A stretch of 61,685 nucleotides of DNA from Scenedesmus sp. PABB004 (lineage: Eukaryota). Where the stretch lies: assembly GCA_014905635.1 (NCBI GenBank), contig JABVCE010000030.1, positions 372,001-433,685 on the forward strand, read 5' to 3'. The translations under genes and the position numbers were made by a program. The number at the start of each line of letters is the position of its first letter. Within the stretch, counting starts at the first letter, position 1. Below are positions 51,301-61,685 of this stretch, piece after piece. The notes beneath the pieces were generated by a model. The model made no database searches, was not told where the DNA came from, and saw only the letters and a program-made list of their open reading frames with translations.

Positions 51301-52414
51301 GGGCGAGTCGACCTCGGCGGGGCTGGGCGCTGGCCCGCCGTCAGCCACAAGCAGCCGAGCGCTGGTGCCGGCGGCCGGCCGCCACCCGGGGCGCAGCCCA
51401 AGCCCGTCAGGCGGCACCACGCCCTCGCCCGCGCGCCACGGCCTGCTGGCGCTGCTGCCGCACCGGTGGGCGCAGTGGCAGGCAGGCGGCGACGACGACA
51501 GCTGGCAGCCCGGCGGCAGCGCCGGCGCGGGAGGGGCGGCGCCCGCGCCTGCCCAGCTGGACAGCGGCGGCGGCGGCCGCAGTGCCGCAGAGGGCGCCAG
51601 CAGCGCGCCGGCGTCCCCGCTCGCCGTCCGCGTCGCCAGCAAGGCGTCAGCGCTGGCCTGCCCGCCAACGCCAAGCTGGGGCGCGGGCAGGCGGCCGAGC
51701 CTGGGCCTGCCCCGGCCGGGCGTCGGCGAGGCTGGGCAGCAGGGGGGCGGCTGGGACGGCGGCGGCGGGCCTGCTGACGTGGCAGCAGCAGGCGGCGGCA
51801 GCGACGACAACGCGGGCGGCAGCGGCGCGTGGCCGGCGGGCACCGCGCAGCCAGGTGGGCTGCAGGCCCTGGCGCTGCGGCCCTCGGGCCAGCAGCAGCC
51901 AGGCGGCGTCCCCCGCACAGCCAGCAGCGCCACCCCGCACTGCCGGACGCCTGGTGGCGCTGAGCCGCCGCGCTGCGAGCTCGGCAGCGACAGCAGCGGC
52001 GGCGCCAGCAGCAGCCCGCCGCCCGTGGCGGCCGCGATCAGCACCAGCAGCGCTGGCGACGGCAGCTCCCTGGATTCGGCGGCCGCCTTTGCCACAGCCG
52101 CCAGCTGCTTTGCGACCTCCAGCGCCGCCACCGGCAGCGCGCCGCCGCCGCCGGGCGCTGGCAGTGGCGGGGCGGTCGGCGATGCTGCCGGCGACGCCGC
52201 GGGCGAGGCCACTGGCTCCTACGCCATGCCCCAGGTGTGGAGCACGCCCGCGGCGCGCAGCGCGGCCCCAGCTCCGGCGGCGGCTGCCGCGCCCGGCCGC
52301 AGCGAGAGCGACGGCAGCGGCAGCGCCAGGAGCAGCGGCAGCGGCAGGGCGGCCGCGCGGCTGGGCGCCGGCGCGCCGCTGCCGCGCAAAGTGAGCTTTG
52401 CCGACAGCTCGTGA
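44600..52414 (+). CDS. Receptor-like TKL protein kinase with CBM2-like and CBM3-like ectodomain, single TM, about 17 exons
   Basis: Signal-like [20 protein letters not shown]2-like 44786-45452; CBM3-like about 45716-46745; [26 protein letters not shown] (47252-47323) followed by RWARR; kinase [85 protein letters not shown]. Confidence 0.85.
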
Positions 52415-53110
52415 GGCATTGGCGTGAGAGTTGGAGCACGGATCGGCTGCAACGGTTGGGTCGTGCCTTGCCCGGGTGGTGGCTGTCAGCGGCGGCAAGC
52501 GCGCGCATGAGGGCGCGCGGGCGCAGGAGCGTGCGGCGGGAGTGCTGGACGTGGTTCGTGTGTTCAGCCCGAGGCGCTGCATGTGTCTGTGCACACTGTG
52601 CTGCACACGTGCTGCCGTCGCTGCTGCAGCGCGCAGCGCGCGCGGGAGGCGGCCGGCCGCGACTGCGCAGCGCAGCGCGGCCGGCCGGGCGGTGCGGGGG
52701 CCACAGCGCCTGCGGTCTGCGCAAGACCGCAGCATGCGTCTGTCTGGAGCGCCAGCGGCAGCGGCGGCAGCATCCAGGCACGCGTTGGTGTGGTGCAGAG
52801 CGCGCGCTCTGCTCAGCGCGCACCGGCGCGGCGCCGCGTGATGCAGCTCCTGTGAGGTGCTGAGGTGCTTGCCGCGCAGCACGGCGTCACACACTGCGCG
52901 GCGGGGCCTGCTTCGATGGCTTGGGGGGGGGGCAGCTTTCGAGCGTGCGTCGCGAAAAAAGGGTTTCGGTGCCGGTTGACGGCGGCGACAAGAATTGCCG
53001 CTCCCCGCGTCCCCGGCGCGCGCCGCCCGGCTCGCACAGTCCCAGCAGCAGCCGGCCGGTGTAGGGCGCGCCAGCGGGGAGCCGCGCGAGCGAGAGACGG
53101 CCGGCGAACG

Positions 53111-56100
53111 ATGTTCGAGGGCGCGAAATCGCGCGCTGCGGCCGTCCGGGCCGGCGGCGAGGCATGGCTGGTCGCACGCACGCGGCCCCGGACGCGAAAG
53201 TATCTTGCGCACTACACCAAAGCGCTGATGGAGCAGCTGAGCGCGATGCTGCCAATCACCCTGCTGCAGGCGCGAGGGGGGCCCCGCAGCAGCGCCCGGC
53301 GCTGGCCCGCGACGCCTCCGGAGCGGGCCGGCTGAAGCCCGCCGACGCCAGCGCCGGCACGCCGACGCCGCCGCTGCTCGGCGCTGCTGCTCCGCTCCGT
53401 CAGGTGATCGTCCTCGCCGTGTTCTTCCGCAAATCGAGCACCTCGCCGGGCATGGACGCGGGTGACCGCCGGCGCCGCCGCCCCGCAGCTGCTGGCCGCG
53501 CTGCCGCGCACGCCGCGGCGCGCGCTGACGCCGCGCGCGCGCGCAACCCCCGCCGCCGCCCTCTCGCAGCCGGGCTCATCTCTGCCGTCATCGGCCTGGT
53601 GCTTTTCCTGGACGGGCTGCGCGTCGCGGTCATGCCAATGGCGATGCTGGTCGGCACCGAGCTGCCCAAGCGCCTCCGCCTCGGCTGGGTGCTGCTCGTG
53701 GCCTTCTGCCTCGGCGTGCTGGTCACGTACGCCGAGGTGCGGCGCCGCGGAGCGCCCCCTGCTTCCCCCCTCTCCGCGCCCTTGCTTTGCCGCGCGCGCC
53801 CGCCCACCGCCGCCGCGCCCGCGCGCCCGCGCAGCCCGCGATCGCGGCGCTGCGGCCGCTCGCGCTGCTGGTGGACCCGGTGAGCGCGCCGTACCTGTAC
53901 CACCTGATGAACCAGCAGCAGGAGATCATGGTCCTCTCCGTCGGCATCGGCGTCGGCGTCGCGGCCGTCATCGGAATGCTCAAGTGAGAGGGGTCAACCG
54001 CCCGCGTCCGCCACCGCGTCCGCCGCTGCGTCCGCCGCCGCCGCCGTGCTCGCCGGCGCCGACCCTCCTGCCGCCTCTCTCTCCCCCTGCCCGCAGGTTC
54101 CTCTACGGCATTCCCATCAAGTACCTGATCTTCGGCGCCCTCTTGCCCACTGTGGGCGCGTCGTGCTACATGCAGTGGTGCGGCGCCGGGCGGCGGCGGG
54201 GCGCGTCCGGGGGCGCGCGCCGACCGCCTGCGCCGACCGCCCGCGCCGCCGCCGCCGCCGCCGCCGCAGGGGCAACCCGCACCTGGCGCCCATCCTCGGC
54301 CTGGCCTGGGACTGCGGCGGCGTCACCACGGGGCCGGGTGCGCACCGCGCGGCGCGGCGCCGCGCCGCGCCTCGCGCCCAAACGTGTCCGCCGCGCGCCA
54401 CCCACCGCCGCTGCCGCACGCGCGCCGCCCACCGCCGCGGCCGGCAGTGACGGTCCCGATCCTGCTGGCCCTGGGCGTGGGCGTCATGTCGGCGCAGCGC
54501 GAGAAGGCGATCGCGCTCGCGGCGATCCAGGACGCGGCGATCGACAACTCCGCCGGCAACACGCTCGAGGGCTTTGGTGCGCGCGCTGCGGCGCCCGCGC
54601 GCGCGGCGGAGCGCTGCTCCGCCCCGTGCGGCGGGTGCCGACCCGCCGCCGCCGCGTGTCGCGCGCAGGCGTGGTGACGCTGGCGTCGCTGCTGCCGGTG
54701 CTGGCGGTGGAGGTCATGGCCATCATCACGTCATTCACGTGAGGCCCTGGCCCTTGGAGGGCCGCAGCTGCTGGGCCGGCGCCGCGCGCGCGCGCGCGCG
54801 TGCAGGGCTACGGACCTGCCTGGCGCGCATGTGGGCGTTCGGCCCGGCCCGGCCCAGCCCGTCTGCTGCTGCGCCGCACGTTTGATGCAGGCACTCGTAC
54901 GAGTACGTGCTGGAGCAGTCGAGCCTCGCTGCGGAGCGTCAGAAGACTGCCGTGCCGCCGCTCGCCGACACGTGAGCGCATGCGCGCGCGCGGCGGCCGG
55001 TCCCCGCGCCGCGCGCCAGCGGCGCCGCGGCTGTGCCCGCGGCCGGCGGCCGCGGCTCGCTCCCCGCGCCGACGCGGGCGCACCGCGTGCCGCTCGCTGC
55101 GCAGCTCGCCGCTCAAGGAGGTGATCTTTGGCGTGCGCGCGATCAGGTGCGTGCGGCCCGGGCGGCCGCCCCGGCCAGCGCGGCTCGGCCGCGCCGCGCC
55201 GGCGCCGCGGCCCCGCGTCCCGGCGCGCGAGTGTTCCACGCCCGCCCGCCGCCGCCCGGCCTCGTCCGCCGCGCCCGCAGCCCGCTGATCGTCGCCCTGG
55301 TCTTCCTGGTGCTGGTCGTGCTGCGCGCGCCGCTGCCCGAGGTCTCGTACCTCTCCAAGAGCGATGACGAGGAGGAGGACGAGGCGCAGCGCGGCGCGGC
55401 CGGCCGCGGCGGGCCCAAGGACGCGTCGACGCACGCGGCGCCGCCGGCCGTGGACTGGCAGGACGACACCGCGCGCGACCGCCGTGAGGGCGCGGACGCC
55501 GGCCGGCCTGCGAGGGTGCGGGACGCCGCTGGCCAGCGGCCGCGCGAGGTCGCGCGCGCACGGCCAGGCCCGCCCCGGCGGCCCGCCGCCCCACGCGCTG
55601 CGTGCCGCCCCGCCCGCGCAGCCCCTGATGCCCGAGCGCCCCGCGACGACGCCCGCCAACCCGATGCTGCGCAAGTCGCTCGCCGCCGTGAGCCGCCGCG
55701 CCAGCGCGCGCGCGCACGCGCCTGCGCTCCGGCGTGCTGCCCCGCCTCACCCGCTCCCCTGCCGCCGCGCCTCGCCGGCCCCTCCCTGCCCGGCGCCCGG
55801 CAGGCGATCCTCGCGACCAGCGCGCCGGAGGGCCAGCACGACGTCGAGACCGCGCTGCCGCCGCCGGCCGGCTGGGGCGGCGACGCCGCGCTCGTCGTCG
55901 CCGAGAGCGAGGCGGGCAGCGCCGCGCCGCGCGCCGGCGTGGGCGCCTGCTTCACCAAGTACGGCATCCTGCTGTCAGCCATGCTCATGACGCAGGTGCA
56001 GCGTGGCGCAGCGCGCCGCCGCAGCTTGCCGCCGCCGCGCCACCGCTCACCCGCTGCCCATCGCGGCGCCGCCTCACGCGCTGCCCGCCGCGCCGCCTCA

Positions 56101-57899
56101 CCTGCCGCGTCAACCCGCTGCCTCACCGCCCGCGGCTCATCACCAGGTCGGCATGATCCTCTTCAACATCGGCCTCACCTACGGCTTCACCGCCCTCGGC
56201 GACCTCACCGGTGCGGCGGCGCGGCGGCGCGGCCCTTGCGGCGCCGCGGCCGCGGCCGCGGCCGCGGCCGCGGCCGTGCCGCCGCGCCCGCCCGTACCGC
56301 GCCCGCGCCCACGCACTCGCTCCGCGCAGGCACGACGCTGCCGGCGGGGTTCATGGCGGTGCCGTGGGAGCCGCGGTCGCCGTTTTACAGCTTTGCCGGC
56401 GGCGTGACGATAACCATCATCACCATCTTCCTCCTGGGCATCCTCGCCACGCGGTGCGCGCGGGCGCGCAGGGCCACGCCAGGCGGCGGCGGCGGGCCCC
56501 GCGCCGCGCCGCGCCGCGCCGCGCGCAAGCGAGTGCGTGCGCTCACCCGCGCGCCCTCCACGCGCGGCGCCGCGGCAACCGCTGGTTGCAGCGCCGAGCC
56601 CGCGCTCAATGTGCTCGGCCAGACGGTCGAGGACCTCTCGCGCGGCGCCTTTACGAAGCGCTCGCTGATCTACGCCGTCTGCGTCGGCGTCGCGGTCGGC
56701 ATGGTTGCGGGTGCGCCGCGCGGCCACGCGCGGCGCGGCGCGCGGCGGCCGCGCCCGCCGCAAGCCACGCCGCGCCCGCACGTGCTGACCGCCGCGCCGC
56801 GCCGCCCGCCCGCCCGCCCGCCCGGCCCAGGTGCGTGCAAGATTCTGTTCCAGCTGCCGCTGATCTTTTTCATTCTGGCCAAGTACGCGGTCGCCTGCGG
56901 TGAGTGCTGCTGTGCGCGCTGTGCGCGCTGTGCGCGCTGTGCGCGCTGTGCGCGCTGTGCGCGCTGTGCGCGCTGTGCGCGCTGTGCGTGCTGCTCCGCC
57001 CGCTGCGCACGCGCCGTTGGACCAGGCGGCGGGGGCTGCCGGCGCGCGCGGGGCGCCCACGCCCACCGCCGCGGCCGCCGCGCCGCGCCGCGCAGGCCTG
57101 ACCGTGATCGCCAGCGAGGCGATCACCGCGGTGGCCTGGGACAGCGCGGGCGTCACGACCGGCCCGGTGCGCGCGCGGCGCCGGGGAGGCAGGACGCGGC
57201 GCCGGGCCGCAGGCGCCGCAGGCCCCGCAGCGCACCGACGCGGCACACCGACGCGGCGCACCGACGCGGCGCACCGACGCGGCGCACCGACGCGGCGCAC
57301 CAACGCCGCGTCCGCCGCCCGCCCCGCCGCAGGTGACTGTTCCGTTTGTCATGAGCATCGGCGTGGGCTTTGCCAAGGCCGTGGCCGCGCCCGAGGGCTT
57401 CGGTGCGCGCCGCCGCCGCCACCTGCCGCCGCCGCGGCAGCGTCCCGCGGGCCCCGCGGCCCGCGCTCTGCGCCCGCGCGGCGCGCTGTGTTCACGAGCA
57501 CACACGCGCCGCCGCCGCCGGCTCGTCCGCCGCCGCCCTCCTCCTCCAGGCATGTTGACCATCATGTCTGTCGCCCCGATCATCTCCGTCCTCTTCACCA
57601 GGCGCGCGCGCGCTGACAACTGCGGCGGCGGCGGCGCGGCCCGCTGACGCCGGCGGCGCGGCCCGCGCCGCGCGCCGGCCGACGCCGCGCAACCCGCCCG
57701 CCCGCCGCCCGCCCACGCGCTGCCCGTGCCGCGCCGCGCGCAGCCTGATGCGCAAGCCGGCGCAGAAGGCGATGTCGGAGCTCGCACGCATCAGCAAGAT
57801 CTCAGTCAACCTCGCCAAGCCGAGCCTCACCAGATGTCAAGCCTCGCACGCTTCAGCCGCGACCCGCGCCCCGCGCAGCAGCAGCAGCAGGGGGCGTGA
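53111..57899 (+). CDS. DUF1538-family multi-pass membrane protein with two tandem DUF1538 halves, about 21 exons
   Basis: GLVLFLDGL..MP..VG, YAEPAI, AWDCGGVTTGPVTVPILLALGVG, EGFGVVTLASLLPVL; second half GMILFNIGL, AEPALNVLG, AWDSAGVTTGPVTVPFVMSIGVG, EGFGMLTIMSVAPII. The stop at 57897-57899 assumes a 1-nt indel near 57833. Confidence 0.85.
56909..56988. repeat. Intronic 9-bp tandem repeat (GCTGTGCGC) x about 9
   Basis: Directly visible; produces the spurious ALC/AVR/SAH repeat ORFs. Confidence 0.95.
57230..57300. repeat. Intronic 13-bp tandem repeat (GCGCACCGACGCG) x about 5.5
   Basis: Directly visible within intron 57167-57332. Confidence 0.9.
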
Positions 57900-58511
57900 G
57901 GGCGCGGCGGCGGGCCGGGCGGCGCCGGGCGCCGCTCGGTGCCGGCTGGCGCTGGCGGGCGATGGTGGCGCGTGTGTCACCCCGACCCGGTTGACAGGGG
58001 GGGCGGGGAGGAAACGGGGGGTTCTTCCGCCTGCACTGATTGCCCAAACTGCATTGCCCGCACTTTCACAAGCGGCCGCGCCGCGCCGCCGCCCCGCGTC
58101 CCGTGCGGCGGCCGCCCCGCAAAACCCATTCACCTGCCGGGAGGAGGGTCCGTCGGTTGTCCCCTGTACGATTTGCATCGGCGGCGTGCGTGGGACTGAA
58201 AACATGCGTGTGTCTGTCTGCACAGGCTCCCTGTCTGCCTGTTTGATCGTTCGCGTGGGACTGCTAGTAGCGAGCGAAAGGGAAGGGCGCACGGCGCGTG
58301 CAGGGGGCCCGGGCGCGCGCGCGCCGCCGCCCGCGGCCCCCCGAGGCGCCGCCGCGCCGCGCTGCGTTTTGCCGGCGTGAACGCGATGGAGAGAGCACCG
58401 AGCCGCGGCGGCTCGCCTGGCGCTGCAACGCAACCGGCTCGGCTCCGATCCCTGCCAAGGAACGCCGGGCTATTGCGGGAGGCGGGAGGCGCGAGGCGGG
58501 CGGGCACGCAC

Positions 58512-58516
58512 TGTAA
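58512..58516 (+). terminator. Candidate chlorophyte polyadenylation signal TGTAA for the DUF1538 gene
   Basis: TGTAA is the known chlorophyte poly(A) signal and lies in the lower-GC convergent intergenic region. Confidence 0.4.
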
Positions 58517-58593
58517 CCAATCAACGAGTCCACTGGCCGCGTTCAGCATGTTGCAACACAACACAGTGCCAAAGCCCGCCCGCCGCGCCCAGC

Positions 58594-59059
58594 CTAGCGC
58601 TTGCCGAAGAAGCTGGTGATGTTGCTCTGAGCGCCGCCCGCCGCGGCCTTGCCCTTGGCCTTGGCCTTGCCGCCGCCGCTGCCGCCGCCGCCCTTCGCGC
58701 CGCCGCTGGCCTTGGCGCCGCCGCCGCTGGCCTTGGCGCCGCTGGCCCCGCCGCCGCCGCTGCCCTTGGCCGCGCCGGGCGCCGGCGCTGCCGCGGGCTT
58801 GCGCGCCGGCGGCGGCTGCGCGGCGGGCTCGTCCTCGCCCCAGACCTCCTCGCCGGTCACGGGGTCGATGCGGGGCCCCGCCTTGGCCCGCTTGGCGGGT
58901 GCCGCCTGCGCCGGCTCGGCCCCGTGCCCGCCGCGCCGCGCTTGGCGCCAGGCGCGGCCGCCGCCTCGCGCTGCTGCGGCTCGCCCGCCGCGCCCGCCGT
59001 CGCGCCCTCGCCGGCCCCTGCTCCTCCTCGCTGGCGTCGCCCGACGGCGCCTCCTCGCC

Positions 59060-59143
<84 letters not shown>

Positions 59144-60169
59144 GGCCGCCTTGCCGCTGCCAGCCGAGCCGGCGCCCTTGCCGGCGGCGGCCGCCTTGCT
59201 GCGCTTCTTGGCCGGCGCGGCGGCGGCGGCCGCGGCCGCCGCGTCGGGGCCGGCGGGGCGTCGCCGATGGCGGCCAGCACATCTGCGTCGGCGTCCGGCG
59301 CCGCCGCCTTGGCCGCCTTGGGCTTGGCCGCCTTGGGCGCTGCTTTCTTGGGCTTGGCGGCCGCCGGCGCCGCCCAGCGGTCCTTGGCAGCTGCCCCCGC
59401 GGCCGCAGGCGCCGCGGCCGCCGGGGGCCCTGCATCGCCTGCAGCACCTCCTGCTCCTGCTTGACGGCGCCGCCGGCGGTCCCGTCGTCGCCGCCGCCGT
59501 CATCGTCCGAGTCGTCTGCGGTGAGCAGCGCGCCCGCGCGGGCTCGGCTCGCGGCCAGCTGGACCGGCGGCGGCGGCGAGCGCGCGCGCGGCCCTGCCGT
59601 CCCTGCCCCGCGCGCCGCCGGCCCCGGCCGCGACGCTCACCCAGCATTACGCGCCCCCGCGGCCGCTTGGCGCCCGGCTTCTGCTGCTGCGGCTGCTGCG
59701 GCTCATCCTCGTCCTCATCATCGATCAGCTGCTGCCGGCCGCGTGCGCGGCCCTTGGCGGCGGACGCCGCCGGGGAGTCGGCGGGCTCCGGCTCCGCCGG
59801 CGCAGCCGCGGGCTCCGCCGCTGCCGCTGCCGCTGCCGGCGGGCGCCGCCGCTGCCGCCTTCTTGGCCGGCTTGGCGGGCACCTTGCTCCACAGGCTGGC
59901 CAGGCTGGCGCCGCCCTTCTTCTGAGCCGCTGCCGCCGCCTTGCCCTTGCCGCTGGCGGCGCCGCTGCCGGCGGCGCGCTGCCGGCAGCGCCGGGCCCCT
60001 GCGCCGACGGCCGCGGCTGCGGGCGCGGGCGGGGCTGGAGCCGCCTGCGCCGCCGTTCTCTCCTTGCCGCGCTTGCCCCCGGGCGCGGCCGCCACGCCGC
60101 CGCCGGTCGGCGGCGTGCTCCCGCCCACGCCGGCGCGGCCCGCCTTGCCCGGCGGCGTCGCCGCCGCGC

Positions 60170-60218
<49 letters not shown>

Positions 60219-60847
60219 GAGCTGCGGCTGCGCCACGCTGCGCGCGCGCCGCTGCTCGTGCGGCACGATCGTCGCGGCGAAGCGCACCGCGCTGCAGCCG
60301 TTCTTGGCAAACACCTCGGCGCCGACCGCGCCGCCGGGCGCGTCGGGCGCGACGAGCGCGGCGTGGAAGTGGCGCGCCTGCGCCACGTCCTCCGCCCAGA
60401 GCCGCGCCGGGTCGGTCAGCGGGTTGGTGTCGGCGGGCATGACGCTGCGCGGGGCGGGCGGCGCGCGGGCGCAGCGTGAGCGGGCGGCGGCCGGCGGCGC
60501 GCGAGCTCTCGGCGCGCCCGAGCGAGAGCTCACGGCGCAGCGGCGCGCGCGGACCTGTGGACGTGGATGCTGGTCTGCGTGTCGAACAGCGCGCGCGCGG
60601 CCGCGAGGTCGGCGGCGTCCACGAGCCGGACCACGTGCGCGCCGCCGTCGCGCAGCGCGCCGGAGAGCAGGTACACCGTCCGCACGCGGGCGCCCTGCTG
60701 CTCCGCGAACTTGAACAGCACCTGCTTGGCGTAGTTCGCCGGCAGGGAGTACTGGCGCGCCAGCCACTTGTACGAGACGGTCTTGAGCTCCTCGCCGACG
60801 ATGTTCGACAGGTCCGCCAGCAGGCTCCCTGCGTCCACGCAGGCCAT
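58594..60847 (-). CDS. POLD3: DNA polymerase delta subunit 3 (Cdc27/Pol32 family)
   Basis: N-terminal KTVSYKWLARQYSLPANYAKQVLFKF..VYLLSG, then SIHVH/SV; basic disordered middle region; C-terminal PIP box QSNITSFFGKR. The middle region has several apparent frameshifts. Confidence 0.9.
59063..59140 (-). repeat. (CAG)26 microsatellite in POLD3
   Basis: 78-nt CTG run on the plus strand. Confidence 0.95.
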
Positions 60848-61222
60848 GGTGCCCCCTGGTTGGGCGCAGGCCCGGTCCGGCGGTCGACCGGGCGCGCCGG
60901 GTCCGCCTGCGGCTGCTCAGCGGGGCAGGCAGGGCGTGCGCGTTTGATTCAGCTGCTGCTGTTCAAACGCCCCGGGCCCGGCGGCCTGCCTGCGGGGACC
61001 TGGGTTGGGACCCGGCCTCGGGGGACGTGCAGGGAATAGGGGGCGGTGAAGCGCGCAGTGGCGCCGCCGCGGCAGCTGAAGCGCGGCGGCTTTGCGGCGG
61101 GCGGCGTTCGAACGCGTCCGCTGCCGCGCCCCGCGTTCTGCTGCCAGCTGGCCCTTCAGGCTGGCCGGACCAGCTGGCCGGACCAGCGTCAACCGCTCGT
61201 GTTGCCACGGCCGCCTCAACGC

Positions 61223-61446
61223 TCAGCCGAGCAGGGCCTGCACGTCGGCAGCGAGCTCGTCGTCGGCCTCTGACTCGGCGTCCGTGCTGCAGCTGTGCGC
61301 GTCGGGCGCGCAGGACGCGTAAACCTTGCGCATGTCGCTCCACCCCAGCTCCTTGAAGCACGCGCAGCGCCAGCTCGCGCGGCCGTTGGTCATCGCGACA
61401 AAGAGCTTGCGCGGGTACTGCCCGCCCTCGCACCACACCGTGCCGC
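61223..61446 (-). CDS. Last exon of a neuferricin/MAPR4-like cytochrome b5-fold protein (5' part outside the window)
   Basis: GGTVWCEGGQYPRKLF..G..WRCACF..VYASC..AHSC matches the neuferricin C-terminal Cys pattern (VWC..PR..RCAC..Y..C..C); acceptor CGCAG ends at 61447. Confidence 0.75.
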
Positions 61447-61456
61447 CTGCGCGCGC

Positions 61457-61685
61457 GGGGCGGGGCGGGGCGGGGCGGGGCGGGGCGGGGCGGGGCGGGG
61501 CGGGGCGGGGCGGGGCGGGGCGGGGCGGGGCGGGGCGGGGCGGGGCGGGGCGGGGGGGCGGGGCGGGGCGGGGCGGGGCGGGGCGGGGCGGGGCGGGGCG
61601 GGGCGGCGGGGGGGGCGGGGCGGGGCGGGGCGGGGCGGGGCGGGGCGGGGCGGGGCGGGGCGGGGCGGGGCGGGGCGGGGCGGGG
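61457..61685. repeat. (GGGGC)n pentanucleotide tract of more than 225 nt, intronic, running off the window
   Basis: Directly visible near-perfect GGGGC array. Confidence 0.97.

Noticed and set aside
56909..57300. Short tandem arrays as CRISPR-like repeats
   Set aside because: No unique spacers and no cas genes; these are intronic micro/minisatellites in a eukaryotic gene.
61095..61125. GTTCGAAC resembling a tRNA T-loop or Pol III B-box
   Set aside because: Flanks do not form a proper 5-bp T-stem, and there is no cloverleaf or A-box; it is a short palindrome.
15..61438. Hundreds of long overlapping Arg/Ala/Pro/Gly-rich ORFs in all six frames
   Set aside because: Expected from stop-codon scarcity at about 80% GC; they are shadow frames or intron read-through with no recognisable motifs.
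61457..61685. Terminal repeat as a telomere
   Set aside because: GGGGC is not a chlorophyte telomere unit (TTTAGGG-like), and it lies within an intron of an incomplete gene.
1..61685. A functional gene cluster or autonomous mobile element spanning the window
   Set aside because: Neighbouring genes have unrelated housekeeping roles, and no transposase, reverse transcriptase, integrase or viral hallmark ORF was seen.

Overview
Gene-dense, extremely GC-rich (roughly 80% by eye) eukaryotic nuclear DNA with many short introns (mostly about 75-300 nt). Composition, GTGCG/GCGCG donors, ...CGCAG acceptors and poly-Ala/Gly/Gln insertions suggest a chlorophyte green alga, probably Sphaeropleales (inference). 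Most entries in the ORF track are GC artefacts; the real genes are spliced and were rebuilt by hand. Fourteen genes in order: GPI8/PIG-K (-), a 17.6 kb VPS13 (+), a CDPK (-), a GT61 glycosyltransferase (-), a poly-Q hypothetical (+), OGFOD1/Tpa1 (+), an NTF2-like protein (+), a CTFxP-motif hypothetical (-), a C2H2 zinc-finger protein (-), an XRN-family exonuclease (+), a receptor-like kinase (+), a double DUF1538 membrane protein (+), POLD3 (-) and the last exon of neuferricin/MAPR4 (-), ending in a (GGGGC)n tract. The best novelty candidate is the receptor kinase at 44600-52414. Its spliced ectodomain reads as a CBM2-like plus a CBM3-like carbohydrate-binding module, followed by one TM helix and an intact TKL kinase, so it may be a cellulose or cell-wall sensor. 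Also notable: about 17 of roughly 100 inferred introns are GC-AG, a long hairpin and minisatellite sit in a CDPK intron, and the two DUF1538 halves share intron positions. Many single-base frameshifts in GC runs look like assembly errors. All domain calls come from motif recognition; no database searches were run.
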